Of a stretch of DNA of 64,000 nt, positions 37,829-47,237 are shown one piece after another. Made by a program: the position numbers and the translations under genes. The stretch covers positions 459,526 to 523,525 of the forward strand of contig JBBDRP010000002.1 of the NCBI GenBank assembly GCA_040905385.1, written 5' to 3'. Origin of the DNA: Minisyncoccota bacterium. GTDB taxonomy: Bacteria > Patescibacteriota > Minisyncoccia > Phycocordibacterales > SW-6-46-9. The notes beneath the pieces were generated by a model. The model was not told the DNA's origin. It made no database searches and worked only from the letters and a program-made list of their open reading frames with translations. Every line of letters begins with the position of its first letter. Within the stretch, counting starts at the first letter, position 1.

Positions 37829-38563
37829 CTACTTCGCCGTCCAGCCACCATCCACATACAACACCTCACCCGTAACATATACTGCTTCGTCTGACGCCAG
37901 GTAAACAGCGGCATTTGCAATATCATCCACAGCACCAACATGACCAAGGGGCGTAGAAGATTCGACGAAATTACGAAAGTCATCATTTTCGAGCATTTCT
38001 CTGGTCATTGCCGTCTTGATAAAGCCCGGCGCAATCGCGTTGACGCGAATTTCATTATCAGCCAGATCCAAGGCACCAGCATGCGTTAGCTGCACAACAC
38101 CTCCCTTTGAAGCACAGTACGATAGGGCCCCAGCAAATCCTACCTTACCTAAAATTGAGCTCATATTGATGATTGCACCACCTTCCTGCTGCATCGCTTT
38201 GGCCGCCTCGCGCATACCGTACATCGTTCCGGATAGGTTAACACCGATAACTCTCTCCCAATTTTCATCTGTTACATCTGCTATCCCTTGTGCATCCCCA
38301 ACACCAGCATTATTCACCATCACATCAAGCTGACCATACGAATCAATCGTCTGCTGGACTAGGTCACGAACTGCCCCTGAGTCAGACACATCACACTGTA
38401 CGTACGACGTATTTTCGGATGACATGTCGATACCTTCTGATGGTTCCTCAGCAATATCTGAAAAAACTACCTTAGCACCTTCTTCGAGAAAGCGTTCGCA
38501 AATACGCTTCCCAATTCCTGAATTAGAGCCCGTGACAACAGCTACTTTATTTTCTAGTCGCAT
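37829..38563 (-). CDS. SDR family oxidoreductase
   Basis: TGSNSGIG, NNAG, YCASK, VDGG. Confidence 0.93.
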   Translation of the reverse strand: MRLENKVAVVTGSNSGIGKRICERFLEEGAKVVFSDIAEEPSEGIDMSSENTSYVQCDVSDSGAVRDLVQQTIDSYGQLDVMVNNAGVGDAQGIADVTDENWERVIGVNLSGTMYGMREAAKAMQQEGGAIINMSSILGKVGFAGALSYCASKGGVVQLTHAGALDLADNEIRVNAIAPGFIKTAMTREMLENDDFRNFVESSTPLGHVGAVDDIANAAVYLASDEAVYVTGEVLYVDGGWTAK

Positions 38564-38613
38564 AATATTTGATATTAAAATTAATTCCCATAATCAGCAT
38601 ACTGATTATCTAG

Positions 38614-39651
38614 CTACTTTTTTTCAGTCAGCGAAATGATCGCCAGTTCAAGTGGCAGATGACCGAGCGTCTCGGCAGACAGCTTGTTGTGATGCGATAG
38701 CAGCGTATGCAGCGTTTTGGCATGTAGGTTAGAATCACCACCAGCATCAGCGGCTTTCTTGATCTTGCTATACAGCTGCTCGCCGACTGACTCCTTTATC
38801 CCCTCTCCGAGATCAGGAGCAAAGCGAAGCAGCAGCACCTGCCGTACCGTCTGGATAACTCGCGCAAACAGTCGCGCTGGATCGATATTTTTGTCGGCTG
38901 CCTTTTGTAGTGCCGTAAGCGCCGCGGCCGGCTCTCCATCTGCAATTCCATCAAAGACGATCTTCTCGATCAGCCCATTGGCCGGGATACCGGTGATCTC
39001 GGCGGCGAGCTCTCCGGAAATGTGCTTCTCTTCTGCGGCGCGCATACACTTCTCTAGCAAGCCAAACGCGTCACGAAAGGATCCATCAGCCGCCTGCGCA
39101 ATTGTCGTGGCTGCCGCCTCATCAATCGTGTACTTTTCAGCAGCGGCTGTGTCCTGCACAGCTTTGGCAAGTACGGTCATTGATGGCTGCTGGAACTCAT
39201 GCGTCTCACATCGGCTGATGATCGTCTCTGGAAGCCTGTCCAGCTCGGTGGTAGCCAGAATAAAGATCACAAACTCTGGCGGCTCCTCAAGCGTCTTCAG
39301 AAGCGCGTTAAAGGCCGGTGTTGTCAGCATGTGCACCTCGTCGATGATGTAGACCTTGTAATCGGACTCATACGGAAGACTACCGACCGCCTCCTTCAAC
39401 TCGCGAATGTCGTCAATCCCGCGGTGGCTGGCGGCGTCAATCTCGTAGATATCACGCTCGGTTGTACCGAGCTCCTTGGCGAGAATGCGAGCCACACTGG
39501 TCTTGCCAATGCCGCGTCGACCACTGAATAGATATGCGTGGGCCACCTGTCCATCCTTAGCACCGCCTGCCAGCACCTTGGTGATGTGCTCCTGACCGCG
39601 AACATCGGAAAATGATTCTGGACGGTAGCGTCTGTAGAGGGCTTGGGTCAT
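38614..39651 (-). CDS. dnaX: DNA polymerase III gamma/tau
   Basis: LYRRYRP, GIGKTS, IIDEVHML, LLKTLEEPP, SRC. Confidence 0.95.
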   Translation of the reverse strand: MTQALYRRYRPESFSDVRGQEHITKVLAGGAKDGQVAHAYLFSGRRGIGKTSVARILAKELGTTERDIYEIDAASHRGIDDIRELKEAVGSLPYESDYKVYIIDEVHMLTTPAFNALLKTLEEPPEFVIFILATTELDRLPETIISRCETHEFQQPSMTVLAKAVQDTAAAEKYTIDEAAATTIAQAADGSFRDAFGLLEKCMRAAEEKHISGELAAEITGIPANGLIEKIVFDGIADGEPAAALTALQKAADKNIDPARLFARVIQTVRQVLLLRFAPDLGEGIKESVGEQLYSKIKKAADAGGDSNLHAKTLHTLLSHHNKLSAETLGHLPLELAIISLTEKK

Positions 39652-39693
39652 AAGTTCATTCTACTACATACTTTAATTATCGAAAATTTTTGC

Positions 39694-39901
39694 CGACTTG
39701 GTCCAGGAATATTGTCATATCAATGACAATATTCGGACATAAATTCGCACAACCGTTCTTTTATCTCACCTTAGTGAGATAAAAGATATCGGGTGCTCAT
39801 TCAAGTCGTTCGATTAATTAATTGTTTGCGAGATAAGAGATTTAACTCTAGAAGCCGCGAGCACTCGAAAAACTCGATGCACTCGCTTTATCTGCCGGCT
39901 T
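39694..39901. repeat. Nested palindromic intergenic element
   Basis: cgacttg...caagtcg enclosing the hairpins gaatattgtcat/atgacaatattc and tcttttatctcac/gtgagataaaaga; shares ttcggacataaat with 42175. Confidence 0.55.
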
Positions 39902-39913
39902 AGTCAAGATAAA

Positions 39914-40480
39914 TTACTCGAATATGACGTCAATTAGCTCCAGGAATTCCTCTGTCCCCATATCACCGTACGTAAAGTGACCTCGATCCTTGAATCTTGT
40001 TACTGAAACATTCTTTATTTTTTTCTCTATTATCTTTAGGCTATCTAAGGAGTCAGCATCATCATCCTCAGAAATAAAAATGTGAATCCCGTCTGTTTTA
40101 CCTACAAGCTCGGGATCGATTTGAAAATCGAAAAAATCATTATCAACTTCACCATCTGGATCAAGCCAAGGTGCCACTAGAACCACCCTTCCAACCTTGG
40201 TATTATTTTCACTTAACCAGCGTATCAGAAAGCCACCTCCGCAGCTGTGACCGATAAGTATAGTGTCTTCATCGATATGAAACTGCTCGAAAGTTCGTTT
40301 CCAGTCCTCATAAACTGGTTCGTAAGGAGTTGGTAGCTCTATCGCCTGGGCTAGAACATTCTTCAGAATAAGTTGTCGCTGTACCCACGGAAGCCAGTGT
40401 GAGTTTGATTGCGCTTCGCGTTCTGGGTCAAAGTAACCTTCCTTTGACGGCATACCGTGTAAAATAATGGCAGTTTTCAT
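39914..40480 (-). CDS. RBBP9/YdeN alpha/beta hydrolase
   Basis: ILHG, HWLPW, GHSCG nucleophile elbow, GHF. Confidence 0.88.
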   Translation of the reverse strand: MKTAIILHGMPSKEGYFDPEREAQSNSHWLPWVQRQLILKNVLAQAIELPTPYEPVYEDWKRTFEQFHIDEDTILIGHSCGGGFLIRWLSENNTKVGRVVLVAPWLDPDGEVDNDFFDFQIDPELVGKTDGIHIFISEDDDADSLDSLKIIEKKIKNVSVTRFKDRGHFTYGDMGTEEFLELIDVIFE

Positions 40481-40499
40481 ACCTAGATTATAGCAAACT

Positions 40500-41522
40500 T
40501 TAATTACTGCTGAGGTAGCGCTCGACAATATCTGCCACCTCTTCACTATCGTCTGCCTCCATCAACTCATCGCGGAGCTCGTTTGATGCCGGCAATCCTG
40601 AGGTATACGCCTTGAAGTGCTTACGCATTATGGCGAAGTGCTGATTTGGCAGCAGTTCGTCGAACGTGCGCGCGTGCTCAACCATCACACCAAGCCGATC
40701 TTCGGCACTCAAATCATCATAGTTAATATTCGGGTTGAAAAACCACGGATTCCCAAAGGCGCCGCGGCCGACCATAATGCCCTCTACACCCGTTTCCTGG
40801 GCTCTATTTTCGCCTTGCTCAAGCGAGGTTATATCACCATTACCGACAATCAGCGTTTCGCTTTCCAGCTGGTCGCGGATCTCAACCACGCGCGCAATCT
40901 CGTCCCAGTCATTGGGTACCTTCGACATCTGCTTGCGTGTGCGTCCGTGCATGATCAATACTGCCGGTTTCGCAGATAAAAGCTGCGGGACCCAGTCCTC
41001 TATCTGAGACTCGTTGAAGCCCGTGCGGGTCTTGACCGAGACCGGTACCTCTCCCGCCCCTTCCTTGGCGGCCCTAATTAAATCCTGGGCCAACTCAGGG
41101 TTGCGTATCAGATCACAGCCGCAGCCGTTGCTGACCACAGTACTCGACGGACAACCCATGTTGATATCAATCCCATCAAAGCCCAGCTCCACACACAGCT
41201 TGGCCGCCTGCATCATCCGATCGGGATGTGCAGAGAAAAGCTGCACGACGATTGGTCGCTCATTCTCTTCATAAAAAAGCTGGTGCTTCAGCCGCTCCCA
41301 GCCACCCTTCAGCAGACCATCGGCCGAGGTGAACTCGGTCCACAGCACATCTGGCCCACGGAGGTTTCCGTCGGCACTTGCCCGATCATCGCTAGATGAT
41401 TTAGGGTCTTTATAACGCCCGTGGCGGGCAAACATCTGCCGGAAAGCGATGTCAGTAACATCCTCCATCGGCGCCAGCGCCCAAAAAGGCCGCGGTAAAT
41501 TTTCCCAGAATCCTAAGTTCAC
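40500..41522 (-). CDS. dus: tRNA-dihydrouridine synthase
   Basis: LAPMEDVTD, DINMGCP, SVKTR, HGRT, GNGD, MVGRG. Confidence 0.93.
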   Translation of the reverse strand: MNLGFWENLPRPFWALAPMEDVTDIAFRQMFARHGRYKDPKSSSDDRASADGNLRGPDVLWTEFTSADGLLKGGWERLKHQLFYEENERPIVVQLFSAHPDRMMQAAKLCVELGFDGIDINMGCPSSTVVSNGCGCDLIRNPELAQDLIRAAKEGAGEVPVSVKTRTGFNESQIEDWVPQLLSAKPAVLIMHGRTRKQMSKVPNDWDEIARVVEIRDQLESETLIVGNGDITSLEQGENRAQETGVEGIMVGRGAFGNPWFFNPNINYDDLSAEDRLGVMVEHARTFDELLPNQHFAIMRKHFKAYTSGLPASNELRDELMEADDSEEVADIVERYLSSN

Positions 41523-41564
41523 AGTGCTAATACTGTATCATTTTTTACCAATTAGAGTAATAAA

Positions 41565-41592
41565 AAAGCACCGAATTTTTCGATGCTCTTTT
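41565..41592 (-). terminator. Intrinsic terminator
   Basis: aaaagagcatcga-aaaa-ttcggtgctttttt on the minus strand after the 41618 gene. Confidence 0.6.
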
Positions 41593-41617
41593 GGATGATC
41601 AATTTAACTGTTATTTC

Positions 41618-42010
41618 TCAATTATGTAGAATTTTAAAATCAACCCTAGGAGGATTATTAAATTCCTCTCGAGGTATGATTTTTTGGAAAAGAGAATCTT
41701 CTGTTTCCCACCTAAAAGATAAATCATCTCCATCCGGATCATATGCACTAAATTCAATTTCTCTAGTTATTGTCGTACTGGCACCTGCACTATCCACGAC
41801 AGTGAGAAAAGTCCTTATTTTGGTTGAATCCAGATTATCTGCAAAATTGAATGATTCAACAGATTTATCTTGAACCATTGGTTCTGTATCTGAATCAGCA
41901 ATAAAATAATTTATGGCGACTAATGCCCCCAAAATAACTGTGAGTAGTAGCACAGATAGTTTAAGCTTTCTGTTTCGATTATTTCTGGAATTCAGGTTTA
42001 CTTCAATCAT
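41618..42010 (-). CDS. Membrane-anchored orphan with PKD-like fragment
   Basis: TM; AYDPDGDDLSFRW motif; TTGACA-16-TACAAT promoter at 42087-42060. Confidence 0.65.
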   Translation of the reverse strand: MIEVNLNSRNNRNRKLKLSVLLLTVILGALVAINYFIADSDTEPMVQDKSVESFNFADNLDSTKIRTFLTVVDSAGASTTITREIEFSAYDPDGDDLSFRWETEDSLFQKIIPREEFNNPPRVDFKILHN

Positions 42011-42172
42011 TACGATATGTATTTAGTTGTGAATATTCTATTTTCCGCTTCTGAGTATAATTGTACATATCATACTAACTTTGTCAAATAAATGGCAGGA
42101 CATGCGTCCGAGAATACTCCTAATATTTGCAGATACTGCTAATATTAGCCATTTATTTGTTTATCTGCACTT

Positions 42173-42294
42173 CGTTCGGACATAAATACAAGTGTTTATA
42201 TCACTCACTTCGCTTGATGAGCAGATTTAGCAATCTGCCTCCCGGCGCTCCGTTCGGACATGCAAGTAAACTTGCGTATCACTCACTTCGCTTG
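42173..42294. repeat. Two 44-bp direct repeats with a variable internal hairpin
   Basis: cgttcggacat[hairpin]tatcactcacttcgcttg at 42173 and 42251. Confidence 0.7.
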
Positions 42295-42367
42295 GTAGTC
42301 AAGTATAAACCTAGAAGATATGTCAAGAGGCTTGTAACGGGCAGATACTGTCAATATTGCTAAAAAT

Positions 42368-42399
42368 GCTAAATAACTCAACCGGATGAGTTATTTAGC
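42368..42399. repeat. Dispersed palindrome copy 2
   Basis: gctaaataactcaaccggatgagttatttagc; one mismatch to 20881-20910. Confidence 0.7.
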
Positions 42400-42675
42400 T
42401 TGAATCAATATCTGATCTTCTTCTTCCTACCTCAAAGGCGGCAATCTATGATTGCCGCCGCTATCTCCACTTACCCGATATAAGGGGGCTTTAGCGTGCC
42501 TCGTTCCCGATTTGTAACTTTGTAAAAGTTGCAAATCGCTGATAGTGAAGAGCTAATTCTCTTCTGTCTACCTCTCGGAAGATAATTTGCATGGTTTCGA
42601 GCTTTGCGAGAAAAATTATCTGAGAGTGAATGCGATTTCCCGCTGGGAAATCGACATGTGTAAGCAGAAGAGAAA

Positions 42676-43542
42676 TTAGCGATAGAACACCTTGTTTTCA
42701 AACCGCAGATCAATATACTCCAGTGAAAATGGTGATATCGGTTGATCCATCCCATTTTCACTCGGCTCTGCAGCTACGAATGACCGACTGTTGATGGCCG
42801 ACCGTAGGTTCGAAGCAATCTGTGGCAGCTCCTGATACATATTAATTCTAATATCAACCTCACCTCCCTGTTCGGTATCCGTATTTGATGCCGAAACCAC
42901 CCGCAGCGTGACATCACCGGCAGGCTGGAGATCAACCCGATTTGTCTCTATTTCCATCTCATCAATCGCTCCGATAAATGAGCGAAGAGCGACAAAGCGA
43001 TGTACCGGCAGTAGCTGCGTGCCGGATCGTGGTGGCTCCATCGTGGTATAGGTCAACAGATCCGTCCCGTCACCATTTGCCTGAGCAAAGATGAAGCCGT
43101 TCTCATCGACTAGATAACAGTCTGAGCTTGTACCGGCCGCATTCTGACAGGCCTGCGCCACCGGCTGACGATTCCCTATCGTTATGTCTACACTTTGGAG
43201 TCCAGAGAGACTAACATCAACCTCCTTGATCCGTGTTGAAACTGCTCTAATCTGACGAGTAATATCGGCGCGTGGCAACAGAAGGATGTTATCTCTACGC
43301 ACCGCTCCCAGAAGCCAGGACTGATCGATGGTTGTCGCTGCCAGCTCCAGAATAAGCTCCGCTTCTAGATTCGAGTCAGTCTCAACCTCGACATCAGTAA
43401 TCTGGACGGCGTTGAGATGTGTCACACCACCCAAAATAGCCAAGATAAATACAGCGAAAACTGCGTACAGCTTCAGCTGACGAATCCGCGCCTCGCGACG
43501 CTTCCGGGCATGCTTTTTAGAGCGAATTTTTCTGGCAGCCAT
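42676..43542 (-). CDS. ftsQ: FtsQ/DivIB-like cell division protein
   Basis: Basic N-terminus, TM, POTRA-like region, YLVDENGFIF, C-terminal LEYIDLRFENKVFY. Confidence 0.75.
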   Translation of the reverse strand: MAARKIRSKKHARKRREARIRQLKLYAVFAVFILAILGGVTHLNAVQITDVEVETDSNLEAELILELAATTIDQSWLLGAVRRDNILLLPRADITRQIRAVSTRIKEVDVSLSGLQSVDITIGNRQPVAQACQNAAGTSSDCYLVDENGFIFAQANGDGTDLLTYTTMEPPRSGTQLLPVHRFVALRSFIGAIDEMEIETNRVDLQPAGDVTLRVVSASNTDTEQGGEVDIRINMYQELPQIASNLRSAINSRSFVAAEPSENGMDQPISPFSLEYIDLRFENKVFYR

Positions 43543-43545
43543 GTG

Positions 43546-44808
43546 TTAGTAGATTACCTTCTTGTTCATGAATGGATGCAGGACCTCTGGGATCGTGATG
43601 CTGCCGTCGGCCTGTTGGTTATTCTCCAAAAGCGCCACCAGAACTCGTGGTGTGGCAATGGCCGTTCCGTTCAGAGAATGCACGTAGCGCTTCTCTCCTT
43701 CCTCGTCCTGATACTTAATATTAAAGCGTCGGGTCTGAAAATCATGATAGTAGGACATGCTAGCAATCTCTCGATACCGTTCCTCGGACGGGACCCACAG
43801 CTCGAGATCGTAGCTTTTTACCTGGCTTTTTTTCAGGTCGCCACCACAAATAATCACCTGTCGGTACGGCAAGCCGAGTGATTGCAAGAACTTTTCAGTC
43901 AGCTCGGTGATTTCTTCATGTAGTCGCACCGACTCCTGATGGGTCCCCTCGCACAGCATTAGCTGCTCGAGCTTGTAGAACTCATGAACACGCATCAGCC
44001 CCTTGGTGTCCTTGCCGTGGCTACCGGCCTCGCGCCGATAACACGGAGAGAAAGCCAGGTAACGCTTGGGTAGCTCGGACTTATCCAGTACCTCATCAGC
44101 ATGGTATGCCATCATCGGAATCTCAGCCGTACCGGACAGATAGTCCTCATCCTGGGTCTCATAGAGATCCTCGGCCTCGCTGGGAAGATGACCGGACCCA
44201 TACAGAAACTGCTTGCGTACAATCGCTGGGGCGATAAAGTTCTCAAAGTTTTTCTCACCGAAAAACCGCCGGGCGTAGTTCCAGATTGCCCAGGACAGCT
44301 CGGCACCATCGCCTTTCAGGAAGTAGCCGCGAAAGCCGTGCACCTTGGTGCCACGCTCGAAGTCGGCCATGCCCCGTTCCTTCATTAGCTCGACGTGATC
44401 CTTGGGTTGGAAATCAAAGCTTGGCTTCTCTCCCCAGGTTTTCAGCTCCTGGTTATCCTCCTCGCTCTCTCCTTCCGGAACCGACATATCAGGAATATTT
44501 GGCACCTGAAGCATCAGCGCCTGCCATTCTTTTTGTACCTCCTTGAGCTTCTCTTCTTTTTCCTGTAGTTTCTCCTTCAGTTTTTGGGACGTCGTGATAA
44601 GATCCTGGCGCTTTTCGTCAGTATCAGCTACACCGATCTGGCTAGAAAGCTCGTTTTTCTCGGCGCGTTGTTTGTCGACGGCCGTCTTCAGCTCGCGACG
44701 CTTTTCGTCTGTCTCTAGTAAATTATCAATATCAAATTCCGTGCGCTTAATCTCGATCGCCCGCTCTACTAATTCTTTGTTGTCGCGTATGAAGTTTATA
44801 TCTAACAT
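43546..44808 (-). CDS. serS: Serine--tRNA ligase
   Basis: MLDINFIR, coiled-coil arm, GTAE, YRREAG, HEFYKLEQ, LNGTAIATPR. Confidence 0.97.
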   Translation of the reverse strand: MLDINFIRDNKELVERAIEIKRTEFDIDNLLETDEKRRELKTAVDKQRAEKNELSSQIGVADTDEKRQDLITTSQKLKEKLQEKEEKLKEVQKEWQALMLQVPNIPDMSVPEGESEEDNQELKTWGEKPSFDFQPKDHVELMKERGMADFERGTKVHGFRGYFLKGDGAELSWAIWNYARRFFGEKNFENFIAPAIVRKQFLYGSGHLPSEAEDLYETQDEDYLSGTAEIPMMAYHADEVLDKSELPKRYLAFSPCYRREAGSHGKDTKGLMRVHEFYKLEQLMLCEGTHQESVRLHEEITELTEKFLQSLGLPYRQVIICGGDLKKSQVKSYDLELWVPSEERYREIASMSYYHDFQTRRFNIKYQDEEGEKRYVHSLNGTAIATPRVLVALLENNQQADGSITIPEVLHPFMNKKVIY

Positions 44809-44849
44809 ATGTGCTTTCTATTTTACCAGACATGCTAGCATGAATACAC

Positions 44850-45695
44850 ATGAAGACCTTGTACTCACAAGATTTTCCGGAGAAACTGGCAGAAATTTCG
44901 GATCCACCAAAGAAGTTATACCTGGCCGGCCGAATTCCACACCGTCGGCGCTACCTGGCAGTGGTTGGATCTCGTAAGTACACAAAGTATGGCAAAGGCA
45001 TCTGCCAGAAGCTTATGCAGGAGCTGGCTGGTTCTGATATCTGCATCGTCTCGGGACTGGCTCTGGGAATTGACGCCATCGCGCACAAAGCCGCGCTCGA
45101 GGCCGGGCTGGATTGCTTGGCGATTCCTGGCTCGGGGCTGGACAAGCGCGTGCTGTATCCGAAGACCAATCGACCACTGGCCGAGAAGATTCTGAAGGCT
45201 GGTGGCGGCTTGCTATCTGAGTTCGAGCCGGACTTCAAAGCACGGGCCTGGAGCTTTCCGCAGCGCAATCGCATCATGGCCGGATTAAGTGATGCGGTGC
45301 TGGTCATCGAAGCCACGGAAAAATCCGGCACCTTAATTACTGCTCGACTCGCCAGCGAGTACAGCCGCGATGTCTTTACCGTCCCCGGATCCCTAAAATC
45401 AGCCTCTACCACCGGGCCGCATATGCTAATTCGCCAGGGTGCTGCCTTGATCCGCAACGGTAGTGATATCCGCAAGGAGCTCGGTCTGGAGCCACTTGGT
45501 GAGAATACAGATAAAAGCACTGATCATCTCACAAACGCCGAAAGAGAGATTATGGAGATCCTGTCAGAGCCCCGTAGCAAGGATGACGTTATCACCATGG
45601 CAGATCTACCTGCCAACAAAATCAACATCATTCTTTCCCAGATGGAGCTGAAGGGGCTGATTGTCGAGTCTAATGGCCGAATCGAGAAAAAATAA
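44850..45695 (+). CDS. dprA: DNA-processing protein DprA
   Basis: AVVGSR, VSGLALGID, FPQRNRIMAG, SGTLITA, C-terminal wHTH. Confidence 0.95.
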   Translation: MKTLYSQDFPEKLAEISDPPKKLYLAGRIPHRRRYLAVVGSRKYTKYGKGICQKLMQELAGSDICIVSGLALGIDAIAHKAALEAGLDCLAIPGSGLDKRVLYPKTNRPLAEKILKAGGGLLSEFEPDFKARAWSFPQRNRIMAGLSDAVLVIEATEKSGTLITARLASEYSRDVFTVPGSLKSASTTGPHMLIRQGAALIRNGSDIRKELGLEPLGENTDKSTDHLTNAEREIMEILSEPRSKDDVITMADLPANKINIILSQMELKGLIVESNGRIEKK

Positions 45696-45859
45696 CAAGC
45701 GTTCGCCACTTTTATTTGAATCCTGTGCAACACTTAGTGTTGCACAGATAGCGAGGAGGTACTCCTGGGGTGCGATAAATAGCTGAGATGAGATGGGTTC
45801 GCTTAGATAGCAACCACAGTCTACGGCTGTGGTTTTAATAATGTGTAATGCTTATAAAT

Positions 45860-45890
45860 AAAAAAAGCCCGCCATGATGTGGCGAGCTTT
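45860..45890 (-). terminator. Intrinsic terminator
   Basis: aaagctcgccac-atc-atggcgggcttttttt on the minus strand. Confidence 0.65.
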
Positions 45891-45908
45891 ACGATTATAT
45901 TTTTTAAT

Positions 45909-46364
45909 TCAAGACTCAAGAATTTTGAGCCCTTCTTTTATGATTTTCTCAATGTCTTTTTCGGTGACTATTATACCTCGTCCAAGGTACGATAATTCAT
46001 CAGACATTATTTTTTTAGATATTTCTCCCCAATGAACATCGCACATTATTTCAATAGCTTTTTCATGAAGGTTATGAATTTTCTCCCGATTCTTCTTATG
46101 ATAGAAAGAATACAGAGGTTCTGTAAACTTTAGATCTGTTAAACGGCCGGTAAAACCAATTTCGCTAAATGCCACATTAACTGACTTAGCGGTCACCACG
46201 CCAACAAGATTGTCTATTTTTTTGCACGTGTATCCATCCAGGAAAAAATGATAAACCTTGAAAATTTTCTGAGACTGGAGGTTGTAAATTTGTCTTGTTG
46301 TAAGTATCGGCAAATCTTCAATATCCCACTGTAGAAACGTTGAGGTTTGTGTTCTTGTTTTCAT
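45909..46364 (-). CDS. Hypothetical orphan protein
   Basis: AT-rich; consensus TTGACA-16-TATAAT promoter at 46435-46408; terminator downstream. Confidence 0.7.
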   Translation of the reverse strand: MKTRTQTSTFLQWDIEDLPILTTRQIYNLQSQKIFKVYHFFLDGYTCKKIDNLVGVVTAKSVNVAFSEIGFTGRLTDLKFTEPLYSFYHKKNREKIHNLHEKAIEIMCDVHWGEISKKIMSDELSYLGRGIIVTEKDIEKIIKEGLKILES

Positions 46365-46437
46365 CTGTTTTATTCTTTTTTTAAAAGTTCAGTTCATACC
46401 GTGCAGTATTATAGTAAATATATTCCTCTTGTCAATT

Positions 46438-46462
46438 TAAAAGCCCGCTATCTAGCGGGCTT
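46438..46462 (-). terminator. Intrinsic terminator
   Basis: aagcccgctag-a-tagcgggctttt. Confidence 0.7.
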
Positions 46463-46478
46463 GATATTTAATTTTTAG

Positions 46479-47114
46479 TTAATCTCGAAGTAACTTATTT
46501 TTGGCAATATCTATAATTGGCCATATTAGCCCTACACCAGGAAGACCAGCAGCTTCGGCCGCGACACACGGGTCAACATTTCCCCACTCGCGCTGCTCAA
46601 GTAGCAAGACTTCATTTATATCTAAGCGAGCAGAATGCTGAAGATCATAGAGACGGTAGATCATGGTTGAATCTGCTTCCGAGACTTGGAGTCCGGGTAG
46701 ATCAAGGCGCTTCAAGCTTGAATCTAGTGCAACCACATCATGCTCAGTAGCACCCGCCGCCAAACAAACGCTAGTTGTTAGTTTCAAACGATAAACATCG
46801 CGAACCCGTTCTACGCTTCCTCGACTTTCCAAAATCTGCCGCACCATAGGTGGAATATCCAGTACTTCGATGGGTGCATTAAGTGGATTTTCGAGCAATC
46901 CTTTTGTGCTCACACCAAGTTGCTCACAGGCAGTTTGTATCGTAGCTAGCTTATTCCTAATACTATCTTGTCTGATTTTCGTCTCTCGCAACTGCAATCG
47001 AGACTTTTTGGTTCTCATTCCAGTTATGAAAATAAGAACTTGGTCCTTTTCTGAAAGCAGCGGTAGTAGGTTTCTAACATCGTCCGGGGTAATCTTATGG
47101 GTTCCTGTACTCAT
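46479..47114 (-). CDS. Orphan with possible sigma4-like helix and RNA polymerase alpha-CTD-like domain
   Basis: LLSEKDQ... and NPLNAPIEVLDIPPMVRQILESRGSVERVRDV pattern; AAGGAG RBS before MSTGTH. Confidence 0.5.
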   Translation of the reverse strand: MSTGTHKITPDDVRNLLPLLSEKDQVLIFITGMRTKKSRLQLRETKIRQDSIRNKLATIQTACEQLGVSTKGLLENPLNAPIEVLDIPPMVRQILESRGSVERVRDVYRLKLTTSVCLAAGATEHDVVALDSSLKRLDLPGLQVSEADSTMIYRLYDLQHSARLDINEVLLLEQREWGNVDPCVAAEAAGLPGVGLIWPIIDIAKNKLLRD

Positions 47115-47237
47115 CTGTTCTCCTTTTTTGTGAAAGATTATAGCTACTATTAGTATGCAATTTCTAATGTTTTCTAGCAAGCCCCTAAATTGCAAATTCT
47201 TGCGTAATAAAGATTTGTACGCTATTCTCGCAATTGT

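Noticed and set aside
42173-42294. Possible CRISPR array
   Set aside because: Only two units, the variable part is internal and self-complementary, and no cas genes are present in the window.
39660-42680. SRP RNA, tmRNA or RNase P RNA in the long intergenic tracts
   Set aside because: Hallmark motifs (SRP CAGG...GGAA...AGCAG, RNase P GAGGAAAGUC, tmRNA tRNA-like ends) were not found by eye. An Infernal scan would be decisive.
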